Positions 1-9,732 are shown, counted from the first letter of the stretch. The stretch is DNA of 64,000 nt from Waterburya sp. (GCA_965217895.1 CBDCJV010000002.1:4288001-4352000), one strand, 5' to 3'. Numbers and translations are program-made. Notes: a model not told the origin generated them from the letters alone.

Positions 1-92
1 TGTCTGTTTTTGGGTCTTATTTTGGGATAGAATTTTAGTAGCAAAAAGGTGAGGCTTCTTTTTAGTGTCCAACTCACCTTAACAACTGATTT

Positions 93-569
93 ATGAAGAC
101 TCTGCCTACTAAACATATTTCACGAGTCAATAAACTGCGTCGTCTTAGTAAGGTGATGGATAATGCGATCGCCATACCTGGAACAAAAATTCGCTTTGGC
201 TTAGATCCGATTCTGGGCTTGCTGCCTGGGGGCGGAGACACCGTAACTGGAGGAATATCTGCTTATATTGTGGTAGAGGCTGCGAGGATGGGTTTACCTC
301 CAGAAGTTTTATATAAGATGGTGGGTAATATTTTGTTAGATTCTTTTGCAGGAACTATTCCAGTGTTGGGAGATATATTTGATGTCGGCTGGAAATCTAA
401 TGTAAAGAATATTGAGCTTTTAGAAAAACATTTAGAAATTGCTGAAGATAGTAAAAGCAATACTTTATTTATTATTGGTTTAATTATTTTACTGACAATA
501 ATTATTTTGGGATTTGCAGCTATTACCGTCTTTACAGTGGGTTGGCTGTGGAATTTGATTAATAATTAA
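93..569 (+). CDS. DUF4112 family membrane protein
   Basis: Motifs MDNAIAIPGTKIRFGLDPILGLLPGGGD and IPVLGDIFDVGWKSN; C-terminal TM helix. Confidence 0.85.
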   Translation: MKTLPTKHISRVNKLRRLSKVMDNAIAIPGTKIRFGLDPILGLLPGGGDTVTGGISAYIVVEAARMGLPPEVLYKMVGNILLDSFAGTIPVLGDIFDVGWKSNVKNIELLEKHLEIAEDSKSNTLFIIGLIILLTIIILGFAAITVFTVGWLWNLINN

Positions 570-625
570 TCTTAAATATTGAACAATTATTAAAGATTAA
601 TACTTACTTGCTAATTATCTAAATC

Positions 626-1546
626 ATGGATATTACTGCTGCATTACCTACTTTTATTGTCACTCTGCGAGAAGGATTTGAAGCTGCACTGGTAGTCGGT
701 ATTGTGATGGCTTGTCTAAAAAAGGCAGAGCAAACGCAACTTTATCGCTGGGTTTATCTGGGTATTCTAGGCGGGATTATCGCTAGTGTTGCCCTTGGCT
801 TTTTGCTAGCAGGATTGATATCTGGTGTTGAGACTGCCGATGGCATATACGCACCCGTTGTCAAGGAACTACTGGAGGGAATTTTTGGAGTAGTGGCGAT
901 CGCCATGCTCAGTTGGATGCTAATCTGGATGACTAAACAGGCTAAATCTCTTAAAGGAGAGGTAGAAGGAGCAATCAACACGGCATTAAGCAACGATGGC
1001 GCAGGGAAAGCCGTATTTCTCTTGATTTTTATTGCTGTGGTGCGCGAAGGCTTTGAAACGGTTTTATTTGTCCTGGCAAAATTTCAGCAAGATTGGTCTC
1101 TTCCTGCCCTTGGTGCGATCGCGGGTTTGACTCTGGCTACTATTATGGGCATAGGACTATTTTCCCTAGGCGTGCGAATTAATATTCGTCTATTCTTTCA
1201 GGTAATGGGAATATTTTTACTGCTAATTGTAGGTGGATTAGTCATGGGTGTGCTTAAGCATTTTGATGCTGCACTGGCTCTATTTTCGCAACTGTCTGTC
1301 GACAACTGGTGTATTTGGGGTAATGACTCTTGTATCTTAGGCGATCGGGTATGGGATGGCTCAAGCTTGTTACCAGATAAAGAATTTCCTGGGATTATTC
1401 TCAAAGCTTTATTTGGCTATCGACAAACGTTGTATCTCGGACAAATTATTGCCTACGTTTCTTTCCTAGCAATTACTGGCACAGCCTATTTTCAGAGCCT
1501 TGGCATTAAGTTGCCTCTAAAAAAACAACTAACCACTGACAACTAA
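626..1546 (+). CDS. FTR1/EfeU family iron permease
   Basis: Two REGxE motifs (LREGFEA, VREGFET); multiple TM helices. Confidence 0.9.
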   Translation: MDITAALPTFIVTLREGFEAALVVGIVMACLKKAEQTQLYRWVYLGILGGIIASVALGFLLAGLISGVETADGIYAPVVKELLEGIFGVVAIAMLSWMLIWMTKQAKSLKGEVEGAINTALSNDGAGKAVFLLIFIAVVREGFETVLFVLAKFQQDWSLPALGAIAGLTLATIMGIGLFSLGVRINIRLFFQVMGIFLLLIVGGLVMGVLKHFDAALALFSQLSVDNWCIWGNDSCILGDRVWDGSSLLPDKEFPGIILKALFGYRQTLYLGQIIAYVSFLAITGTAYFQSLGIKLPLKKQLTTDN

Positions 1547-1614
1547 ACTGATAAATGTTTACTATCCCTTGGAAAACTAGCCTAAGTTAAGCTGCCGATG
1601 CACTTAAACTGTAT

Positions 1615-2994
1615 ATGTTTCAATCAAGCAACAAACTATCAAACTCTCTCCCCGTCTCCGTGTCCCCTCGTCTCCCAGTCAACCTCGGCAGACAAATTAA
1701 AAGCTTGACAGCTTATTTGGGACTAATTGCTATTTTGACTGGCTGCAACTCATTGCCTGCAACCTCTGTTGCCGATTCTGCTCCTAAACAAGCACAAAAG
1801 ACAATCTCTACCGAATCTTTTACCCCAAAGCCAATCAAGATTACTTTAGCTGATTTACCTCAACCTTACGCCACCAACTCAGCTAGTAAATCCCCTAACG
1901 TCATTCCCGTACCAGATAATCCTGTGTTGCAAGTTCCGCCAGGATTTGCTGTTAATGTGTTTGCCGACAATTTAAAAGACGTGCGCTGGATGACGTTAAC
2001 TCCTGATGGAGATGTATTAGCAGTGCAGTCCCGACAAGATAAAATTGTTTTGTTGCAGGACAAAAATAAAGATGGCGTAGCCGAAGTTAATCAAGTATTT
2101 GCCGATCGCAGTAACGGTTTAAATCAACCTTTGGGAATGACTTTTGCTAAAGATTCCTTTTATGTTGCCAATACAGGAGAGGTTTTACGCTTTGACTATC
2201 AACCTAGACAGCTAAAATTAGACGGTACAGGTACAGAAATTACTAAATTAACTCCAGGTGGCTACAATCAACATTGGACTCGCAATATTGTTACATCTCC
2301 TGATGGTAATAAGCTCTATATCTCTATAGGTTCGGCAACTAATGTTGAACCTGAAGAATTACCCCGTGCTTCAGTGCAGGTAATGAATTTAGATGGTTCA
2401 AATCGCTCTACCTACGCTTATGGTTTACGCAATCCCGTTGGCTTAGATTTTCAGCCAGTTACAGGCAAGCTTTATGCAGCCGTCAACGAGCGAGATTTAT
2501 TAGGAGATGACTTAGTTCCCGATTATTTTACCCAAGTTAAACAGGGTGGCTTTTATGGCTGGCCTTATGCCTATCTAAGTCCCGATTTACTCGATCCTCG
2601 CCGTATGCAGGGAAATAAGAGCGAAAAACCAGATTTAGCAGCCAAAACTATTACACCCGATGTTTTATTTCAGGCGCATTCTGCTGCTTTAGGAGTACAG
2701 TTTTATGACCAACAAAAATTCCCTGATAAATATCACAATGGAGCTTTTGTAGCTTTTCGTGGCTCATGGAATCGCGATCGCGGTACGGGATATAAGATTG
2801 TTTTTGTACCTTTTGGCAAAGACAATCAGCCTCTTGGTTACTATGAAGACTTTTTGACTGGTTTTTTAGTCGATCCTAATGCTCCTAATACCTTTGCTCG
2901 TCCCGTTGGTTTATTAGTTATGCCTGATGGCAGCTTACTTTTGGCAGAAGACGGCAACGGTCGCATTTATCGAATTAGCTATGTTGGTAAGTAA
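1615..2994 (+). CDS. PQQ-dependent sugar/sorbosone dehydrogenase family lipoprotein
   Basis: Lipobox LTGC; GLRNPVGL, NERD, GGFYGWPY and AFRGSWNR motifs. Confidence 0.85.
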   Translation: MFQSSNKLSNSLPVSVSPRLPVNLGRQIKSLTAYLGLIAILTGCNSLPATSVADSAPKQAQKTISTESFTPKPIKITLADLPQPYATNSASKSPNVIPVPDNPVLQVPPGFAVNVFADNLKDVRWMTLTPDGDVLAVQSRQDKIVLLQDKNKDGVAEVNQVFADRSNGLNQPLGMTFAKDSFYVANTGEVLRFDYQPRQLKLDGTGTEITKLTPGGYNQHWTRNIVTSPDGNKLYISIGSATNVEPEELPRASVQVMNLDGSNRSTYAYGLRNPVGLDFQPVTGKLYAAVNERDLLGDDLVPDYFTQVKQGGFYGWPYAYLSPDLLDPRRMQGNKSEKPDLAAKTITPDVLFQAHSAALGVQFYDQQKFPDKYHNGAFVAFRGSWNRDRGTGYKIVFVPFGKDNQPLGYYEDFLTGFLVDPNAPNTFARPVGLLVMPDGSLLLAEDGNGRIYRISYVGK

Positions 2995-3007
2995 GGTAAG
3001 ACCATTA

Positions 3008-3115
3008 GCTAAATAGATCGGTGTAATTAAATATGAAACGGTGATGACAGGTAGTGGGTAGTAGAGAAAATTTAAACTTTGACATCTTATAAATTATTTC
3101 ATCCACCTACTTAGC
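3008..3115. mobile_element. MITE-like element with imperfect ~22-bp terminal inverted repeats
   Basis: Left end gctaaatagatcggtgtaattaa versus reverse complement of right end gctaagtaggtggatgaaataa. Confidence 0.5.
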
Positions 3116-3176
3116 GGTTAATAGCTGTGTTTTGGGAAATATATAAAGTAGAAACAATCTTTCTATATTACCAAAC

Positions 3177-3329
3177 ATGAAAACAAAAAGAATTATCGCC
3201 ACAATATTATTTGCACTAATTTTCACATTCAGCATAATTAAACCAGTTAAAGCTGAAAAAATTAAAGACGTCAATTTACTACATGGGAAGGATAACTGGT
3301 TTGCTCACTGCTGCTACTGTACCTCATGA
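3177..3329 (+). CDS. Small putative secreted peptide (50 aa) or truncated gene
   Basis: Manual translation MKTKRIIATILFALIFTFSIIKPVKA-EKIKDVNLLHGKDNWFAHCCYCTS; Sec signal peptide pattern. Confidence 0.45.
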   Translation: MKTKRIIATILFALIFTFSIIKPVKAEKIKDVNLLHGKDNWFAHCCYCTS

Positions 3330-3348
3330 GTATGAGCATTGCTATATT

Positions 3349-3433
3349 GAATAGCGTAAAAAGAAATTAGAAATATTTAGGTTGCCTACTTACTCTCAGC
3401 AGTTAAATTTAATCGAAATATTATGGCGATCGC
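3349..3433 (+). pseudogene. IS630-family transposase C-terminal remnant
   Basis: Translates E*RKKKLEIFRLPTYSQQLNLIEILWR, matching the IS630 DDE_3 motif LPxYSPxLNxIExxW. Confidence 0.75.
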
Positions 3434-3529
3434 TATGTAATTAATCCTGCCTGTAGAAAATGCGATGCCTATAAAAATCGGATACCATGTTCAAGAAGCT
3501 ATTTGCTGCTAACTTCCGCCATCTCGTGA

Positions 3530-4993
3530 ATGTTCAAGTTTACCAATAATCGCTGGAATCAATTTCGGTCAGAGATTGTTTCACCCAATCGCCAGAAAGC
3601 CTGTTTCAATCGTTGGTCAAAATTACCAATTGTTTATCGTGGTGCGGTAATTGTCGCAATTCCGATCATTTCTATCATACCAGCGATCGCAGGCTGGATT
3701 TGGTCATATCAAGCCAAAAATGAAGCTTATGTCTCGATCGATCGTACTGAAGAAGTAATTAGAAACAGCGATGTTTTGATGTTGGCATTACTAGATGCTG
3801 AAACAGGAGTTCGCGGCTATACAATTACTCAACAAGCTGAGTTTTTAGAGCCATATAACCAAGCTAGACCAGAAATTCCTGTGCAGTTGCAGCAGCTCAA
3901 AAAATTGACTCAAAACAACTCAGAACAACAGCAGCAACTACAAAAGATCGAGAAGCAAATACAAAATAAGTTAAACTTGTCTACCCAAGTCTTAGATACA
4001 GTTAAACCAGTACCAGAAGTAACAAATTCGTCACAGTTAATTAAGCTTTTGACTCAAGGTAAGACAGAAATGGATGCAATCCGCAACTCGGTAGGTATCT
4101 TTAAAGATAGAGAGTGGCAATTGCGCGATTTTCGTCAACAGCGTTTGGATAGAATTAGCAGAATTACCAACGTTTTGATAGGCATAACTATATTCAGTGG
4201 ATTAGTAGGTTATTGGCTAGCAGTCAGATTTTATTATCAATCTGAACGTAAGCTGGCTCAAAAAGCCAAAGAATTGACTAAGGCAAACCAGACTTTAGCT
4301 ATAACTAATAAACTTATTAAAGTACGTAACCAAGAATTAGATCAGTTTACCTATATAGTTTCTCACGATCTTAAAGCACCATTACGGGCAATTTCTAATT
4401 TGTCTGAATGGATTGAGGAAGACATAGAAGACAAGCTAGATGAGGATACTAGCCAGAACATGGCTTTATTGCGTAACCGTGTTCAGCGCATGAATAACTT
4501 TATTGACGGATTATTAGAGTATTCTCGCGCGGGAAGAGTTAAAAAAGAAACAAGCACAGTTAATGTCCGACAACTTTTACTTGAGATTATTGATTCAATT
4601 GCTCCTCCATCTAAGTTTACGATCAATATCGATGCTCAAATGCCAGTTTTGCAAACAGAAGCTTTGCCTTTACAACAAGTGTTTAGTAATCTCATTAGTA
4701 ATAGCATTAAACATCGTCATCGCGATGATGGCACAATTACTATTTCTGCCCAAGAAAGTCAGGAATTTTATCAGTTTTCCGTAGCAGATGACGGTATGGG
4801 AATTGCTCCCGAACATCAAGAGAAAATCTTTACTATCTTTCACACAATCGCTGTAAAAGATACCAAAGAAAACACGGGGATTGGCTTATCTATAGTCAAA
4901 AAAATTGTCAAAAATCAAGGGGGCAAAATTTGGCTAGAATCGGAGTTAAATAAGGGAAGTATTTTTTACTTTACTTGGCATAAAAGAAGTTAG
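3530..4993 (+). CDS. CHASE3-domain sensor histidine kinase
   Basis: TM-CHASE3 (LLDAETGVRGY)-TM; H-box SHDLKAPLRAI; N, G1 and G2 boxes (NLISNSIK, DDGMGI, TGIGL). Confidence 0.92.
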   Translation: MFKFTNNRWNQFRSEIVSPNRQKACFNRWSKLPIVYRGAVIVAIPIISIIPAIAGWIWSYQAKNEAYVSIDRTEEVIRNSDVLMLALLDAETGVRGYTITQQAEFLEPYNQARPEIPVQLQQLKKLTQNNSEQQQQLQKIEKQIQNKLNLSTQVLDTVKPVPEVTNSSQLIKLLTQGKTEMDAIRNSVGIFKDREWQLRDFRQQRLDRISRITNVLIGITIFSGLVGYWLAVRFYYQSERKLAQKAKELTKANQTLAITNKLIKVRNQELDQFTYIVSHDLKAPLRAISNLSEWIEEDIEDKLDEDTSQNMALLRNRVQRMNNFIDGLLEYSRAGRVKKETSTVNVRQLLLEIIDSIAPPSKFTINIDAQMPVLQTEALPLQQVFSNLISNSIKHRHRDDGTITISAQESQEFYQFSVADDGMGIAPEHQEKIFTIFHTIAVKDTKENTGIGLSIVKKIVKNQGGKIWLESELNKGSIFYFTWHKRS

Positions 4994-5004
4994 AGCAGTT
5001 AAAC

Positions 5005-5096
5005 GAGCGACCCCCTAAAGGTAAAGGGTTCGACATCAAAAAACAGACCCTTGTGTCTGACTTGGCAAGACGAAGGCTTTAGCCGCACGTATGCGC
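5005..5096. repeat. GC-rich small dispersed repeat, copy 1 (inverted relative to 5282-5341)
   Basis: 5065-5096 matches the reverse complement of 5282-5313 at 29 of 32 positions; the gcgacccc end is also shared. Confidence 0.65.
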
Positions 5097-5236
5097 GAGG
5101 GAGGCAATTAAAGTAGTATTTTGTCCGATAAAATGTCTTTTTTTTGTTATTTTATTGACACTAGATTGTCATATTAACTTGGCATAATAAATATTGTTTA
5201 ATAAATTCAAAGCAATAAACTTGCAACAGCAATAGC

Positions 5237-5396
5237 TATAGCAATACGTACTTATATTAGAACATCTGCTACTGTCTTGGTGCGCGTACATGCGGCTAAA
5301 GCCTTTGTCTTGCGCCTGACGGCGACGCGGGGTCGCACCGCTTGTTACTTACGAGCAGTTCATTTTTTTGTCCTAACCAGTCAACGTACTGCGATA
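5237..5396. mobile_element. MITE-like element (TATAGCA...TGCGATA ends) carrying a nested GC-rich repeat
   Basis: Left tatagcaatacgtacttatattagaaca versus reverse complement of right tatcgcagtacgttgactggttaggaca. Confidence 0.55.
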
Positions 5397-5407
5397 CTTT
5401 GATAACC

Positions 5408-5899
5408 ATGAAAAAAATAGTTTCTTATACTGCCTTTTTAATCACTCTTGTCGCTGGTAGCTTATTAGCTACACCAGCTAAAGCTAATACTATCAAGCTA
5501 GAAAAATTAGCTCAGCTCGATCGCAATTCTCCAGAATTGGCTTTAATATCTAGCCCTGGCGATCGCAATTCTTTCGATGCTGCCAACAACTTTAATTCAG
5601 CCGATAATTTTAATAAAATTATCGGTATTACTGGATTGGGATTGGGAACTGGAGCTATTGCCTATCGTTTATCTCGCGCTGGTAAACCTTCTTTGGCTAA
5701 TTCTTCATTTGATAGTAATAATAATAGTTTATTACTGGATCGAGTCAGCCCGAAATTACGCCAAAAACTACTTAGATTGGTGCATAATAAGCAAACTGCA
5801 AACCGCCTTTTAAGAGGTACAATGTTAGGCCATGCCGATCGCCCTCCTAACTGGTTGGCTGAAAAAGTTATCTACGATTTAGAACGCGATCGCGTCTAG
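5408..5899 (+). CDS. Conserved cyanobacterial hypothetical membrane protein
   Basis: Signal peptide from ATG 5408; TM segment; C-terminal WLAEKVIYDLERDR motif. The ORF-track start at 5342 lies inside a MITE. Confidence 0.7.
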   Translation: MKKIVSYTAFLITLVAGSLLATPAKANTIKLEKLAQLDRNSPELALISSPGDRNSFDAANNFNSADNFNKIIGITGLGLGTGAIAYRLSRAGKPSLANSSFDSNNNSLLLDRVSPKLRQKLLRLVHNKQTANRLLRGTMLGHADRPPNWLAEKVIYDLERDRV

Positions 5900-6052
5900 G
5901 AAGGCGATCGCTTTGACTTACCAGAAAATACATACATGAAGTTTAAAGCTGCAACTAAAACTAACAAATATTAATCGAAATCACGTATTTCTCTGTATAG
6001 CTTAGGGCAAACAGGCGGGAACGCTATCTGTATCAGTTATTGGACTAGATAT

Positions 6053-8815
6053 ATGGTAGCTACACCCCAAAGTCTCAATGAGTTTGTTAAATATCGCTTG
6101 CAATACATTTCAGGGAAAGAACGACAAGATGCCCAGATTTTTTTAGATAGATTCTTTCAGGCTTTTGGACATAAAGGCGTAAAAGAAGTTGGCGCGGATT
6201 ATGAAATCAAAATCAAAAAGGGTAGTAAGAAAGGTAATACTGGCTTTGCCGATTTAGTCTGGAAACCCCGTGTTCTGATTGAAATGAAATCTCAAGGGGA
6301 AGATTTAGGCAAACATTATCGACAAGCTTTTAACTACTGGACAAGAATCGTTCCCAATCGTCCGCGCTACGTAATGCTGTGCAACTTCGATCAGTTTTGG
6401 ATTTACGATTTTGATAATCAAGTTGATGAACCTGTTGATATTATTGAACTTCTGAAATTACCAGAAAGGGCATCTGCTTTTGGCTTTATGGGGTTGGAAG
6501 AAAAAAATTCCATCTTCCAAAATAATCAGGTAGAGGTAACTAAAGAAACTGCCCGTAAAATGGGCGAACTATGCGAAATTCTCAAGCAAAGAGGTAAAAG
6601 AGAAGGTTTTGATACTTTAGCAGCCCAAAGATTAGTTTTGCAATGTGTCTTGGCAATGTTTGCTGAAGATCGCAGGTTACTACCGCCAGATATGTTTATC
6701 GGCTGTATTCAAGACTGTCTGGGTGGTAAAAGTTCTTATGATGTTTTGGGTGGTTTATTTCAGGAGATGAATCGCCCAGGAATTACTCCTGCGGGCAAAT
6801 ATAAGGGCGTAGACTATTTTAATGGTGGTTTGTTTGCTACAGTTTATCCGATTGAATTAACTAAACAAGAATTAAACTATCTTGATGTAGCAGCGAGAGA
6901 AAACTGGAAACAAGTTCGTCCTACAATCTTTGGTAATATTTTTGAAGGTACGGCAAATAAAAAAGAACGTCATGCTTACGGGATGCACTTCACCTCCGAA
7001 GCCGACATCATGAAAATTGTCAAACCAACCATTAGCAATTATTGGGATGCCAAAATAGATGCTGCTAATACTATTGCCGAATTGAATTCTTTACAGTTAG
7101 AACTACAAAATTATAAAGTACTCGATCCTGCCTGTGGTTCAGGAAACTTTTTATATTTGGCGTATCAAGAGTTAAAAGAAATCGAAAAATCTCTACTTGA
7201 TAAAATAGCTTCTCGTCGTCGTTCGGAAACAGATAAACAACAAGTACAGATGGGTTTAGTTACTCCGTTGCAGTTTTACGGTATGGATATAAATCCTTTT
7301 GCAGTCGAGTTAGCTAAAGTAACTTTAACTATTGCTAAAAAAGTTGCAATTGATCGCTTGAATTTAACCGAACGAGAATTGCCTCTCGATACTTTAGATA
7401 ATAATATTGTTTGTCAAGATGCTTTATTTACCGAATGGGTAAAAGCTGACGCAATTATTGGCAATCCGCCGTTTTTGGGAGGAAAAAACATTAGAAGAGA
7501 TTTGGGAGATGAATATGTAGAGCAAGTTTTTCAGCAATTCCCTAATGTTAAAGATGTCGATTTTTGTAGCTATTGGTTTCGGTTAGCACAGGACAATATA
7601 AATGAAACGGGACGAGTCGGTTTGGTTGCTACAAATTCCATTAGTCAGGGAAAAAGCCGTAAAGTAACTTTAGATTATATAACCAATGAAGGTGGACATA
7701 TCCACGAGGCGATTTCTAGTCAAGTTTGGTCTGGTGAAGCAAAGGTTCATGTGAGTATCGTTAACTGGAGTTATGAACAACCAAAGCAATATTTTTTAGA
7801 TGATAAGCAAGTTAGCTTTATTAATTCTTCTTTGCAACCGCAAATTGATGTTTCTATTGCAAAAACTTTACAGGCAAACAATAATCAATGTTTTCAAGGA
7901 GTAATTCCAAATGGAAAAGGATTTATTATAACCGAACAAAAAGCAAATCAGTGGATTAAAGATAATTCAATGAATAAGAGAGTACTAAAGTTATTTTCTA
8001 TGGGAGCTAATTTAGCTCAAAATCCTTGTGGAAAACCCGATCGCTGGATTATAGATTTTGATGATATGTCTATTGAAGAAGCTGGTGATTTTGATAAACC
8101 TTTTGATAGAGTTAAATCAACTATTCCAATAGAAAGACAAAATAATAGGAATAAAAAATTACAAGAAAATTGGTGGAAATATGAAGGAAAAAGAATAGCT
8201 ATGAGACAAGCGATCGCGCCCTTGTCTTATTATTTTACAGTACCAAGAGTTTCTAAATGGGCAATCTTTATTCCTGCACCTATCAATTGGTTGCCTGGAG
8301 ATAAATCAATAGTAGTCGCTTCAGAAGATTATTATGTTTTAGGTATTCTGATATCTAATGTTCATCGTACTTGGATGGAAGCACAAAAATCAACTTTAAA
8401 AGCAAACATTGCCTATACTCACAAAACTTGTTTTGAAACTTTTCCTTTTCCGCAGAATCCTGATGTGAATACATCGTGTAAGGGCGAACGGCCGTTCGCC
8501 CCCACGGAAAAAATCCGCAATAAAACTATCGAATTGCATCAATATCGCACCGAACAAATGGAAAAGAAACAATGGGGTATTACTAAACTTTATAACGAAT
8601 ACTTTCGTGAACCAGCCAGCAAACTTTATCAGCTACATCAACAGCTAGACAAATTAGTTATGCAGGCTTATAACTTTAAAGCGGACGATAATATTTTGGA
8701 AAAACTTTTAGAGTTAAACCTTGAATTAGCCGAAAAAGAAAATCAAGGAGAAATAGTAATTGGTGCTGAGTCTCCTTTTGTCAACGAAATTGCTAATAAA
8801 AGTACTGGAAAATAA
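6053..8815 (+). CDS. MmeI-like type IIL/IIG single-chain restriction-modification enzyme (amino-MTase plus PD-(D/E)xK nuclease)
   Basis: N-terminal FADLVWKPRVLIEMK; HFTS; motif I LDPACGSGNFL; motif IV GNPPFLGG; C-terminal TCFETFPFP and LTxLYN-like tail. Confidence 0.88.
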   Translation: MVATPQSLNEFVKYRLQYISGKERQDAQIFLDRFFQAFGHKGVKEVGADYEIKIKKGSKKGNTGFADLVWKPRVLIEMKSQGEDLGKHYRQAFNYWTRIVPNRPRYVMLCNFDQFWIYDFDNQVDEPVDIIELLKLPERASAFGFMGLEEKNSIFQNNQVEVTKETARKMGELCEILKQRGKREGFDTLAAQRLVLQCVLAMFAEDRRLLPPDMFIGCIQDCLGGKSSYDVLGGLFQEMNRPGITPAGKYKGVDYFNGGLFATVYPIELTKQELNYLDVAARENWKQVRPTIFGNIFEGTANKKERHAYGMHFTSEADIMKIVKPTISNYWDAKIDAANTIAELNSLQLELQNYKVLDPACGSGNFLYLAYQELKEIEKSLLDKIASRRRSETDKQQVQMGLVTPLQFYGMDINPFAVELAKVTLTIAKKVAIDRLNLTERELPLDTLDNNIVCQDALFTEWVKADAIIGNPPFLGGKNIRRDLGDEYVEQVFQQFPNVKDVDFCSYWFRLAQDNINETGRVGLVATNSISQGKSRKVTLDYITNEGGHIHEAISSQVWSGEAKVHVSIVNWSYEQPKQYFLDDKQVSFINSSLQPQIDVSIAKTLQANNNQCFQGVIPNGKGFIITEQKANQWIKDNSMNKRVLKLFSMGANLAQNPCGKPDRWIIDFDDMSIEEAGDFDKPFDRVKSTIPIERQNNRNKKLQENWWKYEGKRIAMRQAIAPLSYYFTVPRVSKWAIFIPAPINWLPGDKSIVVASEDYYVLGILISNVHRTWMEAQKSTLKANIAYTHKTCFETFPFPQNPDVNTSCKGERPFAPTEKIRNKTIELHQYRTEQMEKKQWGITKLYNEYFREPASKLYQLHQQLDKLVMQAYNFKADDNILEKLLELNLELAEKENQGEIVIGAESPFVNEIANKSTGK
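8478..8505. repeat. REP/SDR-like palindrome inside the CDS
   Basis: Perfect 20-bp palindrome GGGCGAACGGCCGTTCGCCC (8482-8501) in an AT-rich gene. Confidence 0.8.
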
Positions 8816-9022
8816 TCGCCTCGCTGCAATTGAATCACAAGCAACTTTGGAAGAAATACAAGAGTTTATCGATACGACAGAGAGACAGAAAGAAAAACTC
8901 ATTATTAGCTTAGAGGATATAGGACACTTGCTACTTGTTACTTATGAGCAGTTTATTTTTCTATCTTAATCAATCAATGTACTGCGATCTATAATGCGAT
9001 CGCGTCTATCACTTTGCAAAAT

Positions 9023-9619
9023 TTATTTATACAGCGCAATGGATGAGTCGGGATCGACAACTACAACCCTATCGGCAGTAATATTCCCCGCTGCTGCCCC
9101 TGCTGCTGCACCACCAAGAATTTCTCCTGCACCTGCATTACCGAATACTTCACCTAAAATAGTGCCACCTGCTGCACCGATACCTGCATCTTCGGCGATC
9201 GCACCTGCGGATGTATCGCGGGGGTCTTTAGTATCTTTAATTACGCCAGAAGAGGCATTAATGCTGTAGCTATAGCCATCGTAAGTTACAGCGTTAGCAA
9301 CATAGCGCAATCCGCCTTCGGCTGGAACGTATTTACCTACTATAGTTGCTCCTGCAGGAACAACCACGCCGTCAATTTTGCCTTTTTCTTTAGCTATTAG
9401 GTTATAGGAATAAGTTTTATTATTATTAAGATAAAGGGTTTCTTTTTGCGCGCTTTTAGCTAACAAATCAGAATTAAATTTTTGAGCAACTAGTATTTGT
9501 GACTTTTGCTGACTTAATACTTGTTGAGGATATAATGATACGCCACCAAGCATTACTGCTGCTGTTGCCATCCAGCTAGAAATTTTAAAACTATTTTTTC
9601 CTTGATTAATATTAAACAT
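9023..9619 (-). CDS. Conserved secreted hypothetical protein with glycine-zipper-like C-terminus
   Basis: Signal peptide; DAGIGAAGGTILG and GGAAAGAAAG repeats. Confidence 0.7.
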   Translation of the reverse strand: MFNINQGKNSFKISSWMATAAVMLGGVSLYPQQVLSQQKSQILVAQKFNSDLLAKSAQKETLYLNNNKTYSYNLIAKEKGKIDGVVVPAGATIVGKYVPAEGGLRYVANAVTYDGYSYSINASSGVIKDTKDPRDTSAGAIAEDAGIGAAGGTILGEVFGNAGAGEILGGAAAGAAAGNITADRVVVVDPDSSIALYK

Positions 9620-9732
9620 CTTTAAGTAATTTACTTTTATTTACTTTTAGGATCTTTAATTGTATTTTTTAAATACTAATAATTAATCTATAGAAAGTTA
9701 GATTTTATTGTTGTATTTGCAATTCAAAAAGG

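Noticed and set aside
5020..5036. GGTTCGA resembling a tRNA T-arm
   Set aside because: No acceptor, D or anticodon stems; part of a repeat hairpin
5342..5407. N-terminal extension of the 5342-5899 ORF
   Set aside because: Derived from MITE sequence; the signal peptide begins at ATG 5408
8760..8969. 69-aa ORF overlapping the end of the R-M gene
   Set aside because: Non-ATG start inside the upstream gene; at most a gene remnant that I cannot assign
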